Notes under the pieces: generated by a model | The model's input: only the letters and a program-made list of their open reading frames with translations | The model's database searches: none | What the model was told of the DNA's origin: nothing | Shown: one piece after another, positions 35,779 to 49,098 of the stretch | Position numbering within the stretch: the first letter of the stretch is position 1 | How the letters are laid out: each line of letters opens with the position of its first letter | From: an uncultured Planctomycetota bacterium | Lineage (GTDB): Bacteria > Planctomycetota > Planctomycetia > Gemmatales > Gemmataceae | Reading direction: 5' to 3' | DNA: 64,000 nt | Assembly: GCA_963849325.1 (NCBI GenBank) | Contig: CAWKHF010000005.1 | Coordinates: 832,001-896,000 of the forward strand | Translations under genes and position numbers: made by a program

Positions 35779-36594
35779 ATGAAATCACCATTTCCGGGCA
35801 TGGATCCCTACATTGAAGACCGTGGCTTGTGGGGAGATTTCCATCATAATCTGATCAGCGAGATTTGCCGCTGTCTCGCCGACGTTGTCTCGCCGCGCTA
35901 TCTGGTACGTACCGGAGAACGCTTTTACCTGGTGCTGGTGGGCGCGGAGGGTAAGGAGGACCGCCCTTTCTATCCCGATGTCAGCACCACCACCCACCGG
36001 AGCCGGAAAAAACCCGCGAACAAAAAGGGAGGAGCGAAGGTCGCGGAGACCGGCGCCGGCCCGCAACCCGTGAAGATGCGCGCCTTCATCACCGAAGAAC
36101 ACCGCGAGAGTTTCTTGGAAATCTTCGAGGCGGAACCGGAGCAACGCCTGGTGACGACGATTGAGGTCCTTTCTCCATCCAATAAGCGCCCCGATACGCC
36201 GGGTTGGGAGCAGTATCAGCGGAAGCGACAGAGCTTACTACTCAGCGGTCTCAACTTGGTCGAGATCGACCTGCTGCGCGGCGGCCAGCGCTTGCCAATG
36301 CTGGATCCGTGGCCAGATTCCCCCTATACCTTGCTGGTGTCGCGCGGAGACTGGTTTGATCGCTGCGACGTTTGGCCGGCCCATTTCCAGGAGCCGCTCC
36401 CTGTCATCCCCGTACCGTTGGCCAAACCCGACCCCGACATTCCGCTCCCCCTTCAACCCTTGATCGAGACGATTTACCAGCGCTCCCGCTACGCGGCCAG
36501 CATCGACTATCGCAAACCGCTGACTCCGCCATTGACCGCCGAGGAGATGAGTTGGCTAAAAGGACGCCTCCGCCAGCGGCAGAGCCAGACATGA
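35779..36594 (+). CDS. DUF4058 family protein
   Basis: MKSPFPGMDPYIE...W.DFH, LVTTIEVLSPSNK, LVEIDLLRGG, IDY..PL.PPL. Confidence 0.92.
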   Translation: MKSPFPGMDPYIEDRGLWGDFHHNLISEICRCLADVVSPRYLVRTGERFYLVLVGAEGKEDRPFYPDVSTTTHRSRKKPANKKGGAKVAETGAGPQPVKMRAFITEEHRESFLEIFEAEPEQRLVTTIEVLSPSNKRPDTPGWEQYQRKRQSLLLSGLNLVEIDLLRGGQRLPMLDPWPDSPYTLLVSRGDWFDRCDVWPAHFQEPLPVIPVPLAKPDPDIPLPLQPLIETIYQRSRYAASIDYRKPLTPPLTAEEMSWLKGRLRQRQSQT

Positions 36595-36614
36595 GGAACA
36601 CGATCCTTCGGGAC

Positions 36615-36857
36615 TCAGACGGAGGCGGCGTCGCCGTCCTCGACCTGGCGAAAGTCGGCGGCGCGGCGGAGGAGACGGTAACAAGCACGCTCCAGCCCGA
36701 GCAATTCGCCGCGCGTCGCGGCGACCAGCTCGTAATACAACGCCTCCACCGCCTCCAGGGCGAACGACTCGTCACCATCGAAGGCCAGCAGGGCCGGCGC
36801 CTCCGGCCGCAGTGTCGCGTACAACAGCAAATCATCGAGTAAACAGCGGATCGTCAC
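36615..36857 (-). CDS. Small hypothetical protein (start uncertain)
   Basis: The C-terminal 80 aa of ORF 36615-37253 looks protein-like and fills the gap between genes. Confidence 0.45.
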   Translation of the reverse strand: MTIRCLLDDLLLYATLRPEAPALLAFDGDESFALEAVEALYYELVAATRGELLGLERACYRLLRRAADFRQVEDGDAASV

Positions 36858-37035
36858 CGGCGCGTTCCCTTCCCCTGAAAGCGCTCGTTCGCGTTCTCCT
36901 CTCTCAGCGTAACGCGGCGACCGATCCGGCTCCAAGGTCGGTAGGCGCGAATGCTTCTCAAAGCGACGGCCGGCGCCTAGGATGGACTTGCCTCCGCACC
37001 GGCGCGGAGGCGAACCGCCCCGCGGGAGCCAGCTC

Positions 37036-38229
37036 ATGAATGACGTACCCGAATCGGCCGGCAATCCGCCGGTCCCTCCGCCGCCTCCGCCGCACGGGAG
37101 GGCCGCCCCGCTCGGCTCGCGGGGCCAGCCGACGCCCAACACCTCCATGCTCGGCTGCGCCTTCGCCTTTTCCTTCGCTCTCAACCTGCTGGCCGGACTC
37201 GTGATCCTCGCCGGCTGCCTTGGCCTGTTCGTGGTCAAAAAGCCCGACGTCATCCCCCTGGCCGAACAGCACTACGCGGGCCAGAAAGGGGCCAACGACA
37301 AGGTCGCCGTCATCACCCTGGACGGCGTCATCCTCGAAGGATTGCTGTCCTACGTCCGCAAGCAGATCGAGCAGGCGGCCGGCGACAAATCCGTCAAGGC
37401 CGTCGTCCTTCGCATCAACAGCCCCGGCGGCAGCATCACCGCCAGCGACGATCTCTACCGCCGCCTCACCGAGCTGCGCGACGGCAATCCCCGCAAGGAC
37501 CGCAACGGCAAACCGCTCGTCGTCTCGATGGCCGGCATGGCCGCTTCGGGCGGCTATTACGTCGCCATGCCCGCACAGACCGTCTTCGCCGAGCGAACCA
37601 CCCTGACCGGCTCCATCGGCGTCTACGTCTCGTTGCCCAACGTCAAGGAACTGGGCCAGAAAATCGGCGTGTCGCTGAACACCATCAAGCAGGGCCAAAT
37701 CAAGGACAGCGGCTCACCTTTCCACGACATGACCCAGGACGAACGGCAGGTATGGCAGGACATGATCGACAACGCCTACCAGCATTTCGTGCAGGTCGTC
37801 GAGAAAGGCCGACCGGCCCTGGCTGGCGGCAAGCTCCTGGAACCGTTGAAGATAACGCCCCTCCAGGCAGGTCCGGCGTTCCGGAAAAACGGCGAAAAGC
37901 GTGAGCCGTACACCCGCTACTTGGCCGACGGCGGCGTGTGGACCACCGATCAGGCGCTCCAGCATCGGCTTATCGACCAGATCGGCACGCTCGACGATGC
38001 CATCCAGGCGGCCCACGACGCGGCCGGACTCGGCGACCATTACGAGGCCATCCAGTACGAACGGCCCCTCACTCTCCTCGGCCTGCTCGGCTTCGGCGTC
38101 CATTCGCCGACGCCTCCCGCCGGCTCTCTCCTCGACCCGTCGCGCCTCGAAGCCGGATTCATGCCTCGTCTGTGGTATCTTGCGCCGGGGGCCGAGGCGT
38201 CCGGGTTCCTGGCGGCAACGCGGGAGTAA
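37036..38229 (+). CDS. sppA: S49 family signal peptide peptidase
   Basis: N-terminal TM helix; LRINSPGG, AASGGYY, TGSIGV. Confidence 0.9.
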   Translation: MNDVPESAGNPPVPPPPPPHGRAAPLGSRGQPTPNTSMLGCAFAFSFALNLLAGLVILAGCLGLFVVKKPDVIPLAEQHYAGQKGANDKVAVITLDGVILEGLLSYVRKQIEQAAGDKSVKAVVLRINSPGGSITASDDLYRRLTELRDGNPRKDRNGKPLVVSMAGMAASGGYYVAMPAQTVFAERTTLTGSIGVYVSLPNVKELGQKIGVSLNTIKQGQIKDSGSPFHDMTQDERQVWQDMIDNAYQHFVQVVEKGRPALAGGKLLEPLKITPLQAGPAFRKNGEKREPYTRYLADGGVWTTDQALQHRLIDQIGTLDDAIQAAHDAAGLGDHYEAIQYERPLTLLGLLGFGVHSPTPPAGSLLDPSRLEAGFMPRLWYLAPGAEASGFLAATRE

Positions 38230-38275
38230 ATCGCAACCTCTTGCTTTCAAAGAACATCTGCCGAGGAAAGTAGCG

Positions 38276-38635
38276 ATGAGCACCTTGCTTCGGTCTCGAC
38301 CGCTCTGGCGAGCAGTGCTTCTTCTCCTAACTCTTTTGGTCTTTGGGGCTTCCGATGTGGGCTTCACTCAGGAGCAGGTCAAGGAAGATCCGGCGTCCGC
38401 CTTCGCCAAGCTGGAGAGTGGCATGACCGCCGACCAGGTGCGCCAACGAGTAGGAACGCCCAAGCACATCGCCCGGCAGATCCTCTATCATCGCTACCTC
38501 GAACAATGGATCTACGATGGCCCGGTCGCCGCTCGCCTCCAGTTCGATTGTCCCCGCGGTCAGCAACCGCAACTGCTGTGGAAACGAACCCTTACGGATA
38601 AAGCCCGCCCCGGTCGGGGAGTCGGCCCGCGTTGA
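38276..38635 (+). CDS. Small exported hypothetical protein (BamE/SmpA-like motif)
   Basis: Signal peptide; L..GMT.DQVR..VG.P...EQWIY. Confidence 0.6.
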   Translation: MSTLLRSRPLWRAVLLLLTLLVFGASDVGFTQEQVKEDPASAFAKLESGMTADQVRQRVGTPKHIARQILYHRYLEQWIYDGPVAARLQFDCPRGQQPQLLWKRTLTDKARPGRGVGPR

Positions 38636-39046
38636 CGGAGGTTCGGTCCCGCCGACGCCAAGGCCCGTATCACTCCCCAAGTGTCGGCGCAGGACGGAAA
38701 CGCCCCTTTTCCCCTGCAATCCGCAGATCGCGTTCGTCTATCCTTTCCCGACGAATAATCCGAGCGATTCGACGAAAAGACTCAAGGTTGCAAGCGCTTC
38801 GGACGCTCGCTCGTCTTTTTGTCGGATATACTTGGATCGCTTACGGCCCAACTCAGACGCAGCGGAATGAGAGTAGCCTATTCTGTCCGATGCGCCACCG
38901 ATGGCTGTAAATCCGGCAGCGAAGTGTTCAATAATGGATCAGACCGGCAAGGATCGCGGCGGCATTCGTGAGTTTTTTTTGCTGGAACTGCTCATTTTAT
39001 CGCAACTTATGAATGAGAACGGCAAAAGATCGCTAAGAGAGGAAAA

Positions 39047-39062
39047 CGGCACAAAGATTGCT
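39047..39062 (+). promoter_or_regulatory. Sigma54 (-24/-12) promoter candidate
   Basis: CGGCAC-AAAGA-TTGCT with exact GG-N10-GC spacing, about 170 bp upstream of the DksA-like gene. Confidence 0.55.
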
Positions 39063-39231
39063 TTCCTACGGGAGTTGGGATCTTTCCTTCTTATTCCCTG
39101 GAACGGAGTGGGGCAAGGCTCAGCGATCGGATCGAACGGGCGGATTGTCCGAACGGACGGACGGTCTCTGAGGGCTGGGTCCCGTCCCAACCTGGCAACC
39201 GAGTTTCATCCTTTGAGTGAGGTGGTCAGTC

Positions 39232-39708
39232 ATGGCACGACGAGACGCATTACTGCGACTGCATAAATCGCTCTTGAGTCGCCGATCGGACATCCGCAAG
39301 AAGCTGGCGGATGAGCTGGATGGTTTGCGGAACCTCAAGGGGCACGACGCGACCGGAGACTCGGCCGACGTCGCCTTCGAGTCGGGCAGCGAAGAGATGG
39401 CTTCGCAGTTGGCCGAACTGGACGCGCGCGAGCTGAACCAGATCGAGCGCGCCTTGCTGCGGCTGAAGCAGGGCACTTATGGCGGCTGCGAGGTCTGCGG
39501 CTGCCGCATCCCCATCGGCCGGCTCAACGCCTTGCCGTACACGACCTTGTGCATCGCCTGTCAGCGCGAGATGGAAAAGTATCCCGACTGGGCCGACCAT
39601 CGCTCCGTCGGCAGCTGGGAGAAAGTCTACGACGCCGCCACGCCGCTGGAGGAGCAGCGCGAAGTGGACCTCTCCGAAATCGAGATCGACCTGTCGAGCA
39701 ATCGCTAA
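39232..39708 (+). CDS. TraR/DksA C4-type zinc-finger protein
   Basis: Coiled coil with GDSAD; GTYGGCEVC..IP..RL.ALP...LCIACQ. Confidence 0.92.
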   Translation: MARRDALLRLHKSLLSRRSDIRKKLADELDGLRNLKGHDATGDSADVAFESGSEEMASQLAELDARELNQIERALLRLKQGTYGGCEVCGCRIPIGRLNALPYTTLCIACQREMEKYPDWADHRSVGSWEKVYDAATPLEEQREVDLSEIEIDLSSNR

Positions 39709-39741
39709 TCGCTCTCCGCGATCCGCAATCCGTCAAGCAAC

Positions 39742-39773
39742 GGGCCGCGTCTCCTCTTCCGGGGACGCGGCCC
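39742..39773 (+). terminator. GC-rich hairpin after the DksA-like gene
   Basis: GGGCCGCGTC...GACGCGGCCC; weak U-tail. Confidence 0.45.
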
Positions 39774-39839
39774 TCCTCATTTGTCCCTCCGCGATCCGTA
39801 GAATGTCCTCGCTCATCCCCGCACGGAGGATCGTCGATC

Positions 39840-40744
39840 ATGCCGGACTTCGTGGTCGTGGCCACCTGGCCGTTCGGACAGACGGCGGTGAAAGCCGCCG
39901 CGTCGCTGCTGCAAGCGAACCAATCCGCCCTCGACGCCGCCCTGGCCGGCGCCAAGCCGTCGAGGACGATCCCACGGTCCACTCGGTCGGCTTCGCCGGC
40001 CTGGGCAACGCCGTCGGCACGGTGCAACTGGACGCCTGCGTCATGGATGGCCGCACGCTGAGCTGCGGCGGCGTCGCCGGTCTGGAGAACGTCCGCCACG
40101 CCGCCGCCGTGGCTCGCCGCGTCATGGAGAAAACGCCGCACGTCCTGCTCGTCGGTGAGGGGGCCAAGCTGTTCGCCGTGCAGCAGGGCTTCGCCCTGGA
40201 GACGCTGCACACGCCGGAGAGCGTGGCCGAGTGGGAGAAGAAACGTCCCAGGGGCCGACCGCGGCCGGAGACGCCGATGGGTTCGCCGTCGGGCAGTCAC
40301 GACACGGTGACGGTGCTGGCGCTGGACCGTCGCGGTTCGCTGGGCGGCGTGTGCAGCACGTCGGGCTTGGCGCACAAGCTGCCCGGCCGCGTCGGCGATT
40401 CGCCGCTGATCGGCGCCGGCCTGTACGTGGACGACACGGCCGGCGCCGCCGGCGCGACCGGCGTCGGCGAGGAGGTCATTCGCCTCGGCGGCAGTTTGCG
40501 CATCGTCGAGGCGCTGCGGGCCGGCAAAAGTCCGCAGGAGGCGTGCGAGTCGGCGGTGCGCACGGTCAACACCGTGGCCGTGCGTCGCGGCGTGCATCCG
40601 GCGCGGGTGGCGTTTGTGGCGCTGGACCCGCGTGGCCGCGTCGGCGCCGCCTGCACCGAGCAAACGGGCTTTCAGTACGCCGTGGCCCGGCCCGGCTCGG
40701 TCGAGCTGCTCAAGGCGAAGGAGATCGGCGTCGAGGGGAAATGA
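39840..40744 (+). CDS. N4-(beta-N-acetylglucosaminyl)-L-asparaginase / Ntn asparaginase 2 (frameshift ~39950)
   Basis: VATWPFG, EDDP..SVG, LDACVMDG, HDT autocleavage site, STSG..K.PGRVGDSP..GAG, ATG.GE. Confidence 0.9.
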
Positions 40745-40749
40745 GGAAC

Positions 40750-40794
40750 GAGCCGCTGGCGGCCTGACGCGAATCGTCAAGCCGCCAACGGCTC
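40750..40794. repeat. REP-like palindrome between convergent genes
   Basis: GAGCCGCTGGCGGC...GCCGCCAACGGCTC. Confidence 0.7.
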
Positions 40795-40799
40795 ATGGG

Positions 40800-43700
40800 T
40801 CAATCGATGATGTTGTAATACGGCACCACCAACGGATCTTGTCGTGGATCGTAGGACTTCAGCGTCCACGGGCCGGGGTTGCCGCGCTGGATCACCTGGA
40901 CGCCGGGGGCGTGGCTCTTGTAGAAGGTGGCCTGGTATTGTACCGTCGGAAGAGCGCTCGTCACTTGCTGCAAAGTTACCGTCTCCTCGTTGTCGGTGCC
41001 CGGCTCGAACACTAGCGTCGAGCCGACGCCGATGCTCCAGGGTACTCCCGTGTACAGGTTGTTGCCTCCCGTCGCCGAAAACGTCAGTGGTATCGCGGGA
41101 GGCGGGGGACCTATCGGTTGTTGCGCGGTCTGCGGTCCGCCGGTCGGCGCGCCGGTCGCCGTTACATTGATCGCGCCGCCCGTGTATGTCGTCGAGAAGA
41201 CGTTCAAGTTCGTCCGATCGACGATAGCGAACATGCGATGCCGCACTTGCCGGCCCTCGCTGCGGCCAATCTCCGGCCCCAATTGAGGCACGTTCGGCTG
41301 GCCCACGGCCCCGCCGGGTATCACCTGGAAGAAGCCGACCGTCACGAACACCGCGAAGGTGTTGCTGCGCGTCGTCACGTTGTTGTACAGTTTCGTCAGC
41401 AACTGCGTCTGCAAGTAGGGATGGGTGGCCGAGGTGTCGGCCGAAATCGCGGGATTGGCCGTGCTAGCGCCGGGGTTTTGCATCAGCAACTGTGTCGTAG
41501 TCGCCGTCGAATTCGTAATCGTACGCAGAAGGGTATCCTGAATACTCACGCCGTTGGGATACTGCTGCCCAGCCTGGCTCGCCCCGGTGGCCAAGGGCAG
41601 GAAGGGCCGATCTAACGAATAGCCGGTCGGGACCGAAGTCGTCGGCACATTGGTTGGTCCAATCGCGCCGGTGCAGAGCCCTGTGCCCAAGGCGTATCCC
41701 ACGCTGGGCGAACGCGATTGCATCATGTAATTGAAGAGCTGGGCGACGGGGTCCGTGGCGTAGGGCGAACTATTGGAAGGCACAACGGGGAGGCCAATGC
41801 TCTGGTTGGCATCAATGAGGGCCTGCAAGATTTCCGCGTCCCAGATGGTGTTGATGTTAATCTTGCCGGGGATGCGTCCCAGGCCGTTGACGCCGAAGGC
41901 ACGGTCGCCGCATTCGAGGAACTCGAAGAGGCGAGAGAGCCGGTGCGTCGATCCAGCCGGTAATTTAGAGTCAAACCACCAGGGGCAGGTCGCTGGGTTA
42001 AGCGCCGCCGTTGCCGGAAGCCCATCTAACCACGGAGCGTAGTGCTGGAACATGTTGGCGGGAGTGGCGTCACTACCCTGCATGAACATCTGGGTGAGCT
42101 GGTAGGGTTGATACCCAGACACGTGCAGCAACTCGATGGGACTGATGACCTGGCGGTCGAGATGGACCAACCAGTCGTAATGATTGCTCTGCGGCAGCGG
42201 ACTGTTCTGCTGTCCGAACGTGTGGCTGACACCGGATGCCTTCGCCGGGCCGGGTTGATCGGCCGTGGGGCTGGTGGCCTGCGTGGTTGCGGTCGGTCCT
42301 GTTCCGTTAACCTGCGTGAAGGCGGCGTATGGCTGACGTTTGCCGCGCGAGGCATAGCCCGGCAGCGGCGCCGGTGGCACGCCCGCCGCCGAGACGCCGT
42401 TGGAACGAATCGGCACGTTCTGGAGGTAATCGACCGTGACGTAGGGGTTGTAATTGGGTCCAGGCGTTCCGTTGTACGGCAAGTACGGATTCGCCAGCCG
42501 GCGAAGCAGTATCGTAAGGCCGGTGGTCCGCTCATCGGTGGTCCCTCCGAGACCCCAGGTCGGCGTATACGACATATTGGCCGTGCGCACTACGAGCGTG
42601 GCGGCCGGTGCGTCCGAGAACGGATCTTGATAGTCGGCGGCCGGCGTCGGTGAATTCGGACCAACCAAGAAGTATTGTTGCGGAGCGACGGTGGCTCCGC
42701 CGGGGACTGCGGCCCCGCCGATCGTCTTCACGTTGGCGGCCAAGAAATCCCCATTGCTCGTGCTGACTGGGAATGGCGCGACGATGTTCGCCTTGCCCAG
42801 GACATTCATGCTGGCGTCCGTCAGGGGAGCCGGGTTGGCCATGAGGTTCTGAGCGATGGTAACGCGATAGGGGCTGTAACCGCCGTTGCCCGTCATGTAT
42901 AGCGGGACGGGAGTGCCGTCTTGTTGCTGGGCCATGTTGGCGCCGTGGGCGGCGTCTGCATCGAGTTGTACAACTCGACCCAAACATTCACCTGTTCGCC
43001 GGCGACGGGGGCGAGGGCCGGGGTGGAATTCTGGGCCTCGGCCAGCGCCTCGTTGAGCACCACCTTCGGCAGTTCGGTGCCAAACACCCAGAACATGGGA
43101 TTGGCTCCCGTGTTGGTCGCTTCGTCGCTGCCGTTCATCTGAGGGGCCGGAGTAGTAATCGCAGCCCCATTCGTGTCCTGGGTGGTGTAAAAGTTAAAGG
43201 GAGTGCTGATATCGTCTTCGTCGATGAAATCGACAATGTTGACCGCCAGCTGAGCGAGCCAGCGGCGCGGGGCAAGGTCGGCGGCAGACGGATTGATAGG
43301 CGTGCCCGTCGGATTGGTAGGCGTGCCCGGCCCCGTGATCCCAGCGGTGCCCGGCACCGGAATCCCCGCGAGGGCCAGCAGACGGCGATAGATGTCGTTG
43401 GCCAGCGCTTGCCGGGCGTTTTGGGCCGCCAGGAACTGGTTGTAGATCGGATTTCCAGCCGTCAGGTTGTAGCCGGTGCTCGCTCCCGCCATAGCGCCGG
43501 CCGTATAGGGAGGGACCAAACCGCTGCCCATGTGTGGATAAGGCGGCAGCGGACGGTTCAACTGGATACGACCGCCGGGAGACGTATACGGGAACAAATT
43601 GTTCGCCGTATATGTGGTCACATTGGCGGTCAGTGCTCGCCAGTCGGTGCCAAACTCGCTCGTGGGTGGACTGGTCCCCGCAGGGTTGACGATGGTCTGA

Positions 43701-45564
43701 TTGGGCGGCAGCGTTGGGAAAAGCACGGCTTGGCCGGACGGCGCGAACTGTGCTCCGTTCGTATTGGCCGCCAGATACGACGCCACCGGCATCCCACTCC
43801 ACCAGTTGGGAGAGAGAGCGGGCGTGCCGAGGTCCATGCTGAGCGTGGTCACGAGATTGCGAAGTCGCGGATAGGCGGCTCGGATAGGCGGGCTCGGGCC
43901 GAGATTTTTCGGACACAGCCGCAGCAGGTCGGACATCAGGGCCGAGCTGCCGGCATCGACGGCGCTTCCGGTGAGGCTGTTCGGCCGCATCAGCGGTTCC
44001 ATGTCCGACGCGCGAAACAGACGATCGTCGGTTCCGTTGTACATGCACCGATCGGAGGAGATCGTACAGTAATGGATGATTGGTGTTCTCGGTGCCGCCG
44101 TTGAGGTAACCCTGAGTGAACGTCGGGAAGCAATTCGTCGCGGTGGCGCCGGACTGCGGCGAGCACCGGACGACTGCTGGGCGTTGGCACTGCCGGTGAC
44201 ACAACCGGCGTCGCAGCCTCGTTCAGTCCGTTATAATCGACCGGGGCGTAGAAATGCGGGCCGGTCCCGGCCGGGGCCGGGTAGGCGGTCGGAGTCGGCA
44301 CACCAGGTTGGGTCAGCTGGATGGGCAGGTTTGGCGCGTTCGGCGTGCCCGTTGCGCCGTAGCGGCCATAGACCTTCTGCACACCAGCGGGAGGAGGACC
44401 GGCGGGAGGCGGATTTCCTACGATCAGATTGATGTGTTCGGTGGGCCAGGTCGTATAGGTGGGCGGCTGGTTCATCGTGTTTACCGCCTGGTCCGCGTAG
44501 AGAACCTTGGCCAGGTTGACTTCCCACGGACCCCAACCCTGGTTCGAGACGTGCGGCGCGGTGCTGCGGCGCATTCGCATAGTTCAAAATGTTCCCCGCC
44601 GTGTTCAGGTTAATGCGGCCGTCCAGGTCCACGATGAGCGGAGCAAACAGCATCTTGTATTGCGTGCCGTCCGCCGCCGTCATCACCGGCGCGCCGAGGT
44701 CGATCCAGATGCTGTCGTTGCCGCCGGGCGCCCAGACCAGGTTCTTGACATCACCGTTGGGATCGTCCGGGAGGGGGAACAGAGGATGCTCGGCGGGTCG
44801 CGGACGCGGCGTCAGGTATTTGCCCTGCGGACTGGTCCAATTGGGATTCGTCATGTCGTTCAATTGGTAGAATTCCATTGACCGTTCGCGAGCTACGTTC
44901 TGGAACAGCCAGGCACGATGGTAGGACGGCGTCAGTACCTGGCCGTAAGCGTTCACGGCGGCGAGGAAGAAGTTGTTGAGATCGGGATAGGTGTAAGGAG
45001 CGTTGCCGCCCACATAGGTGTTCGGTGGATTAGGCAGACTATTGCTCTGGGCAAGAGCATTCGTCCGCGTAGAGTAGCGCTCGGGGTCGCGTAAGAAATG
45101 GTCTCCGGAGAACCAGGTATAATTGACAGAGTGTAATCGTCCACCGTCACCGGCTGGAGCTGCCTGTCGCGGGATTGAACATCGTTAGCGGATCGGGTAG
45201 TGCAGTCGGCCGATGCCATTGAACGGGACGATATTGCTTCCGGGGACGAATACCGGACCGCCGGCTGGCTATAGTTGTAGCCGTACATGGTACGGGCCAG
45301 GCTGTGGCCGCGCAGACCGGAGCCGACGCCGGTAACGTCATCGTTCACGTCGTAGATGAACTGGCCGAGGAAGAACGCGAGGGCCTGCTCGGGGTCCACG
45401 TCGGCGCGTTGCTGTCGATTCGGATTCGCGGGCGATGCGCGCGGAGGTGGCCTCGCTGCTGGCGTACAGCACGAACGAGATGCCGACGATGGCGAACAAC
45501 GTCAACAGCGCCAGCACGACCAGAAGGATGATGCCGCGCCGCTCGGTGTTCGGTTCAATCGCAT
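40800..45564 (-). CDS. Very large PilX/GspK-like minor pilin or tip protein (about 1500 aa, many apparent frameshifts)
   Basis: N-terminal [55 protein letters not shown] and [17 protein letters not shown] across consecutive ORF pieces. Confidence 0.78.
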
Positions 45565-45631
45565 GACTGTGGTCTCCGTGTGCGTACCATCCCGCGGGCC
45601 GTGGCGCTGCAGCTCGGCGGCGGCGGCCTCA

Positions 45632-47040
45632 TTACATCGCTTGCACAACCGTCACTTGCCGCGTTTGATTCGTCTTCGTGTCCCAAATGCGAATCGATAT
45701 CTGAATCGCCTGCACGATCGGGCCGGACTGAAGTAGCGGAATTCCACAATGGAATGCTCGTGTTTGTCCGTTGGCTGTTCCAAATCGAGTAGTTGGCCGG
45801 TGAGAAGGCGGAACCTGAAACTATCGTGACGCTGCTCCAGGTGTCGAAGACCATCGGTCCTGTGACCGGGTTGAAAGATGTTCGGGTTGCCGTTGAAATA
45901 GTTGGCGGGGCGACAGGTGCATTGGTGAACGTTCCGGGTTGAGCAGCGTCACGAACGGTTCATCGGGAAATGTGGGGTCTGTTATAAGGAGGGCCGTAGA
46001 ACCCCGCGTATATTAGCGGCCAGCAGGCGCACGTCGAAGGACACCACATCGGTCAGCTGGATGTCCGCCCCCTTGAGGGTCGGACGGCAATTGCCATAGG
46101 GCCAGGCTCGGATAACCCATGGTCGAATACCGGCTCGGGCGGATAGTCTGCCATCACATAATCTTGCAATCCGAAAGGGGGTTCAGGAGGCCCAAGTATC
46201 ATGCCGAAACGCCGGTTCGGCACGGTCAGGTCGCTAGGGTTATTGAAGTATATAGAGTATGTATTCGCCGGGGCGAGATTGGAGAAATATACATCCATGG
46301 CTCATTTCGAGGAATGGCTGAACAAGCGCTTCTGGAACGCCTAAATTCCCGCGGGCACCGAGAAGGCGATGGACTGCGGGGGCACCAAACTGTTGTCGGG
46401 CACGCACAAGCGCTGATTGCGGCACAGCGTCCACAGCGGCGGCCCTCCCGCGCCTGCCGTGTCCTGAAAGTTCGTATTGGGGTCGCTCTGCGGCAGGAGG
46501 AACCATGTCACCTCGGCCCACTGGTAATTGTAGGTGCTGGTTGACGTTTGATACCTGCGCTTCCATGGGACCGAAACCGTGATCGAGCCGAGAAGTTGTC
46601 CGCTTCCGGACGGCCCCGAGGTAAAGAAATCACCCTGCTGATTGCCGCGCAGCTTGACCGTGAAGGAGATCGTGTGATCGACGCTGAGAAAGGAGCTAAT
46701 GCCGTCGATGTCTGTCCCTTCAAGAACGCTGGAGCTACCGGGAACTGCGGAAGGCGGACTGCCGTGCCAGACCCGGAAGAAACCCTGCTGCGGCGGACCG
46801 TTGACCCAGAAATTCGGATTGCTGAGACGCTTCGTGCCCTCGAAGTGGTCGGCGGCCAGGTCGTGCTGCATCATCGCAGTAACGGCACGCAACTTGTTGG
46901 CCATGTCGCCGACGGCCTTGAGGTTGCGGAACGTGTTCGTCGCGGACACGAACGCCTGCGACAGGATGGCCATGATGAACATGATCAGGGCCATCGCCAC
47001 CAGCAGTTCCACCAGCGTAAAGCCGTTGTCGGCGTCGCAT
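45632..47040 (-). CDS. Prepilin-type (GspJ/PilW-like) protein, frameshifted
   Basis: GFTLVELLVAMALIMFIMAILSQAF; ends with TAA at 45632-45634. Confidence 0.75.
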
Positions 47041-47108
47041 GGTCGATGCTCCCAGATGCGCCGGACGGGCCGTTGATGAGGTGGATAAAAAAACTCCGGT
47101 CCATCCGC

Positions 47109-48045
47109 TTAAGGTTGCCAGCTAAACCCCTTATCGAAAACTTCCACCGCGTAATCCATGACCACGACCTGGGAAACGTTGCCGATCGGGTTGGGCTGCA
47201 CGTCGAGTGCCGCCGATCCGGCCCCCGTGTCGGTCACGTTCACGACGCGATAAAAATTCGCTTGCGGAACGGCGGGAATCCCAGGCACTCCGGTTCCAAA
47301 GATCGGCGTGGTATCGAGGATCGATATCCCGCGCTTGAGGTTCGGCGACTGCGTTGCGGGGTTCCAATTCAGAACCAATCCACCCCCGGCGACGCTGGCG
47401 GAATAGGTCTGTTCGATGGTGGGTACGAGGGTCGGCCGACCGCTGTAGACCACCACGGTGACATCGACCGTCGTATTGGACCACGCTTGCGGCCGACGTA
47501 GCATGTACGCCCAGCTGTACCGCCGGCCGCGCTCGATACTGCCGCCGCTGAGGTCCGGTGTGCCGTTGGGAAGGAAAGTAATGTCGTTGGGCAAGCTGAA
47601 CCATCGATCCACCAACGGCATCGCCACGGGCGGAGACGGCAGAGGTATCGTCAGGGGCAGGCCGATGAAACTGACGAGGCCTGCGCCGGATGAGCGGCGG
47701 AGAGGTGCCCAGGGTACTCATCCCAGAGGGATCGACGTAGACCGGATAGCTCGGCCCCGTGTACCACGGGGGCAAAGTCAAATTTCCCGCGTTGGATTGA
47801 ACGACGAACAGATTGGGTAGGGTCTGACTCGGATCACCCGTTATCCACAGATCCTGACGGAGGTTCTTGGCGAGGGCGACCTGCTCGGCCATGCTGGCGG
47901 CACTGGTACAGCGGTCGTCCTTGAGGGCCTGGCCCATGGTGACGGCGCCCAGTGGGAACAGCGCCAACAACGCCAGCATGCCGATAGCCATGATGAACAT
48001 GGCCACCAGCACTTCCATCAGCGTAACAGCGGGCCGTCGTATCAT
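47109..48045 (-). CDS. Prepilin-type (GspI/PilV-like) protein, frameshifted
   Basis: AVTLMEVLVAMFIMAIGMLALLALFPLG; C-terminal part in ORF 47109-47627. Confidence 0.8.
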
Positions 48046-48063
48046 GATGCGTATCTCCATCGT

Positions 48064-49077
<1,014 letters not shown>

Positions 49078-49098
49078 GGACAAGACCTCCGCCGGCGA

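Noticed and set aside
38632-39266. ORFs 38632-38910 and 38901-39266
   Set aside because: Atypical composition, no motifs, and overlap with a likely promoter region.
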